Assembly (NCBI GenBank): GCA_019358915.1
Contig: JAHHIM010000002.1
Coordinates: 96,001-160,000, forward strand
Source: Trichormus sp. ATA11-4-KO1
GTDB lineage: Bacteria; Cyanobacteriota; Cyanobacteriia; Cyanobacteriales; Nostocaceae
DNA: 64,000 nucleotides
Direction of reading: 5' to 3'
The notes below the pieces were generated by a model. That model made no database searches. It was not told the origin of the DNA and saw nothing but the letters and a program-made list of their open reading frames with translations. Shown here piece after piece: positions 61,435 through 64,000 of the stretch (position 1 is its first letter; each line of letters begins with the position of its first letter). Both the position numbers and the translations under genes were made by a program.

Positions 61435-63282
61435 TCAAATTGTGGAAAATACAACCCGAAAGCCACATATCCTCAACCCACCATCTGACTCATTCCAGCT
61501 ACGGCTAGCACTGCGACATAGTTCTGCACCGAAACTCCAAGAACCGCCACGCAGCACTCGCCGATAAATGTCACCACCAACTTCCCAAGCGGTGCCATCT
61601 GTAGGTGCGCCATTGTAATTATTGTGCCAAGCATCAGCGCACCATTCCCACACTAACCCGTGCATATCATACAATCCAAAGGCGTTGGCTACCTGAAAAC
61701 TGCCAACATCGGTTGTTTCTTTACGGTATTTGCTTTTTACTTCTACACTATAATCATCCCTACTACAGTTGACTAAATCAGGGGTAACCGTTTCGCCAAA
61801 GTGAAAAGATGTAGTACTTCCCGCACGACAAGCATATTCCCATTCGGCTTCGCTGGGTAAACGATATTCGCGCCCGGTTTTTTCAGAGAGTCTGGCACAA
61901 AATTCTATAGCTTCATGCCAAGATACATTTTCCACTGGCCGATTCAGACCTTTGAATTTGGAAGGGTGGGGATTTAAGGTTTGTTCGACTTTTGGTAAAG
62001 CTGCTACGGCTCTCCATTGAGCTTGAGTGACAGGAAATTTACCCATAAAAAAGGGTTCGAGGGTAACTTTGTGTTGAGGACGTTCATCAGCATCTCCTTC
62101 AAACTCTGGAGAACCCATCATGAAACTACCACCGGGAATCAATACCATTTCCAGTGTGACTGATTTGCTCAATTCTTCTGTAAAGACTTTAGCACTCGGG
62201 CGATCGCGGCTGACTTCTCTACCTGCTGTGTCTACTGTGACTACTTCAAATTCAAAGGTTTCTAAAGCAAGTGATGGCGGTGTGACTTTTTTTGACGGTA
62301 ACGGTAATCGGATTAATGCCAGTGGGGAGATTTCTACAGCTTCTGGTTCAACGGTAAATTTTTTTGTAGACTTTAAGTCATTGATAACTTCTGTTGCTGA
62401 TTGATATCTTTCACTGGGTAAATGTTGCAGCAATTTATTTAAAATTTTACTTAATTTTTCGCTGATGATGATACCTTTTTTCTGTAAATATGCTTGCCAT
62501 AACCACTTAGCATTCATGGCATCATAAAGAGGATCATTAATCTGTCCGTAAGTATTTTGTAAGGGCAAACATTGAGTTAGAAGTCGCACGCAAGTTACAC
62601 CCAAAGCATATAAATCACTGGCATGGCAAGGAAATCCTGCCATTTGTTCAGATGGAGCATAACCAATAGTATAAATAACTGTAGCTTGTCTAGCTACACC
62701 GGTTTGTGTAACTTGTTTAGCCCCACCAAAATCAATTAATACTGGTTTGCCATCACTGTTACGGCGGATGATATTTTCTGGTTTGATATCCCGATGAATC
62801 ACATTAGAAGCATGAATAAATTCGAGAACTGGTAATAAATCAGTTAAAAGTTGATGTATTTGTTCTTCGCTAAACGGTTTTTGTTGAACTTCTTGTAAAA
62901 GAGTTTTCCCTTCAATAAATTCTTGGACAAGATACAAGCTGGAACCTTGTTCAAAGTAAGCGAGTAATCTAGGTATTTGGGTATGATTTTCTCCTAATTC
63001 ATACAAGCGAAATGCTTCTTCTTTGAAGAATTCTGCTGCTTTATTACGTTGGATGGTTCCTTGCACTTGAGGGAAAAATTGCTTGATGACGCAAGGTGCA
63101 TTTAGTCTATCTGCGTCTTCAGTAGCATAGGTTTTGCTAAATCCACCTTCACCTAATAGCCGCAACACACGGTAGCGGTTTCTCAGAAATTTGCCAAAGT
63201 TGCTATGTCCGCAACTCATGCAAAATCTATTACCTTCAGGGTTGAATGGATTTGAGCAATTGGGATTTTGGCATATTTGCAT
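61435..63282 (-). CDS. Ser/Thr protein kinase fused to an FGE-sulfatase domain
   Basis: N-terminal 4-Cys ribbon; LGEGGF, HRDIKPEN, DFG; RLPSEAEWEY, RGGSW. Confidence 0.93.
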   Translation of the reverse strand: MQICQNPNCSNPFNPEGNRFCMSCGHSNFGKFLRNRYRVLRLLGEGGFSKTYATEDADRLNAPCVIKQFFPQVQGTIQRNKAAEFFKEEAFRLYELGENHTQIPRLLAYFEQGSSLYLVQEFIEGKTLLQEVQQKPFSEEQIHQLLTDLLPVLEFIHASNVIHRDIKPENIIRRNSDGKPVLIDFGGAKQVTQTGVARQATVIYTIGYAPSEQMAGFPCHASDLYALGVTCVRLLTQCLPLQNTYGQINDPLYDAMNAKWLWQAYLQKKGIIISEKLSKILNKLLQHLPSERYQSATEVINDLKSTKKFTVEPEAVEISPLALIRLPLPSKKVTPPSLALETFEFEVVTVDTAGREVSRDRPSAKVFTEELSKSVTLEMVLIPGGSFMMGSPEFEGDADERPQHKVTLEPFFMGKFPVTQAQWRAVAALPKVEQTLNPHPSKFKGLNRPVENVSWHEAIEFCARLSEKTGREYRLPSEAEWEYACRAGSTTSFHFGETVTPDLVNCSRDDYSVEVKSKYRKETTDVGSFQVANAFGLYDMHGLVWEWCADAWHNNYNGAPTDGTAWEVGGDIYRRVLRGGSWSFGAELCRSASRSWNESDGGLRICGFRVVFSTI

Positions 63283-63564
63283 AATGAGGAGAAAATAGCA
63301 TCAAATCCAAAGTTAGCCCCAATAATTTCAAATTGAAAACATATATCTAGACAAATAAACATAAACAAAGCTACATCTGCATATATACTTATACTAGAAA
63401 ATACAAATGCAGAAATTTGATTTATTTATTTTTCTATGCCAGGTAATTTTTCAATACAAGCATAGACGAAAGTACATATTTTCCTTACAAGAAGAATATT
63501 ATTCCTAAGCTATTGAATTTGTCAAGAGTGATTCTAAAGTATTAGTATTTGCACATGATGAAAT

Positions 63565-64000
63565 TTATTTTTTCTCTCCAGCAGAGCGAATTAATTCAGC
63601 TATAAAAGCGACAATTGCCGACACTGAAATTAAGAGAACACTGAGAGCGTTAATATCAGGCTTAACTCCTGTTCTAATCCGACTAAAAATTTCCATTGGT
63701 AAGGTGTTATAACCGCTACCTGATGTGAAACTAGCGATGAGAAAGTCATCTAAACTCAAAACAAAAGCTAGCAGGCAACCAGCGATAATACCAGGCATTA
63801 GCTGAGGTAGTAATACTTTGATGAAGGCTTGTATTGGTGTAGCGCCTAAATCTAGTGCTGCTTCTTCTAAGTGTGGGTCTAAATTAGTCAATCTTGAAGC
63901 AACCACAAGTCCGACATAGGCTAGGCAAAATACCACATGGGCTGCAACAATTGTCCACAAACTCAGGGGGATAGCAAATGCTGCCAGAAAAACTAGAGTA
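63565..64000 (-). CDS. potC: Polyamine ABC transporter permease, partial (5' end outside the window)
   Basis: EEAALDLGA EAA motif, SLDDF, TLP; frame open to the window edge. Confidence 0.85.
   Translation of the reverse strand, partial: TLVFLAAFAIPLSLWTIVAAHVVFCLAYVGLVVASRLTNLDPHLEEAALDLGATPIQAFIKVLLPQLMPGIIAGCLLAFVLSLDDFLIASFTSGSGYNTLPMEIFSRIRTGVKPDINALSVLLISVSAIVAFIAELIRSAGEKK

Larger units (their letters stand above)
1..64000. repeat. HIP1 octamer GCGATCGC dispersed through the window
   Basis: More than 25 copies seen by eye (e.g. near 3478, 5953, 11223, 18781, 32447, 54851). Confidence 0.9.

Noticed and set aside
216..62404. Many short ORFs overlapping real genes (e.g. 9167-9772, 12897-13274, 52271-52834, 53355-53882)
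   Set aside because: Antisense or off-frame shadows of well-supported genes with no recognisable motifs
1..64000. CRISPR array, tRNA, rRNA or intact transposase/integrase
   Set aside because: No regularly spaced repeats with unique spacers, no cloverleaf or rRNA signatures and no transposase ORF seen

Overview
Chromosomal window of a filamentous, probably heterocyst-forming (Nostocales-type) cyanobacterium. Support: dense HIP1 GCGATCGC sites, 7-bp STRR repeats, psbY, amiC1-amiC2-murI-sds, a HetZ-related protein and pilMNOQ. Most genes are core: sds, murI, amiC1/2, a Na+/H+ antiporter, ssb, mreBCD, ribD, queD, dapB, map, folC, pilMNOQ, ubiD, larC, dam, rbfA, a Ser/Thr kinase and a partial potC. 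I saw no rRNA, tRNA, CRISPR array or intact transposase. Features the ORF track misses: psbY, an NtcA-promoter sRNA resembling NsiR3, LexA, Zur, NtcA and SigJ-type boxes, three MITE-like elements, nested small dispersed repeats, and a 21-nt repeat inserted in frame in mreD. Best leads: (1) a LexA-boxed PD-(D/E)XK nuclease tail-to-tail with the Dam-family methylase; (2) a ~450-nt multi-hairpin RNA leading into a small membrane protein gene; (3) an orphan DpdE-like SNF2 ATPase near queD; (4) a metal-ABC binding protein lacking all four canonical ligands; (5) a Zur-boxed, probably leaderless operon of divergent metalloproteins. All family assignments are by eye from motifs; no database search or folding program was run.
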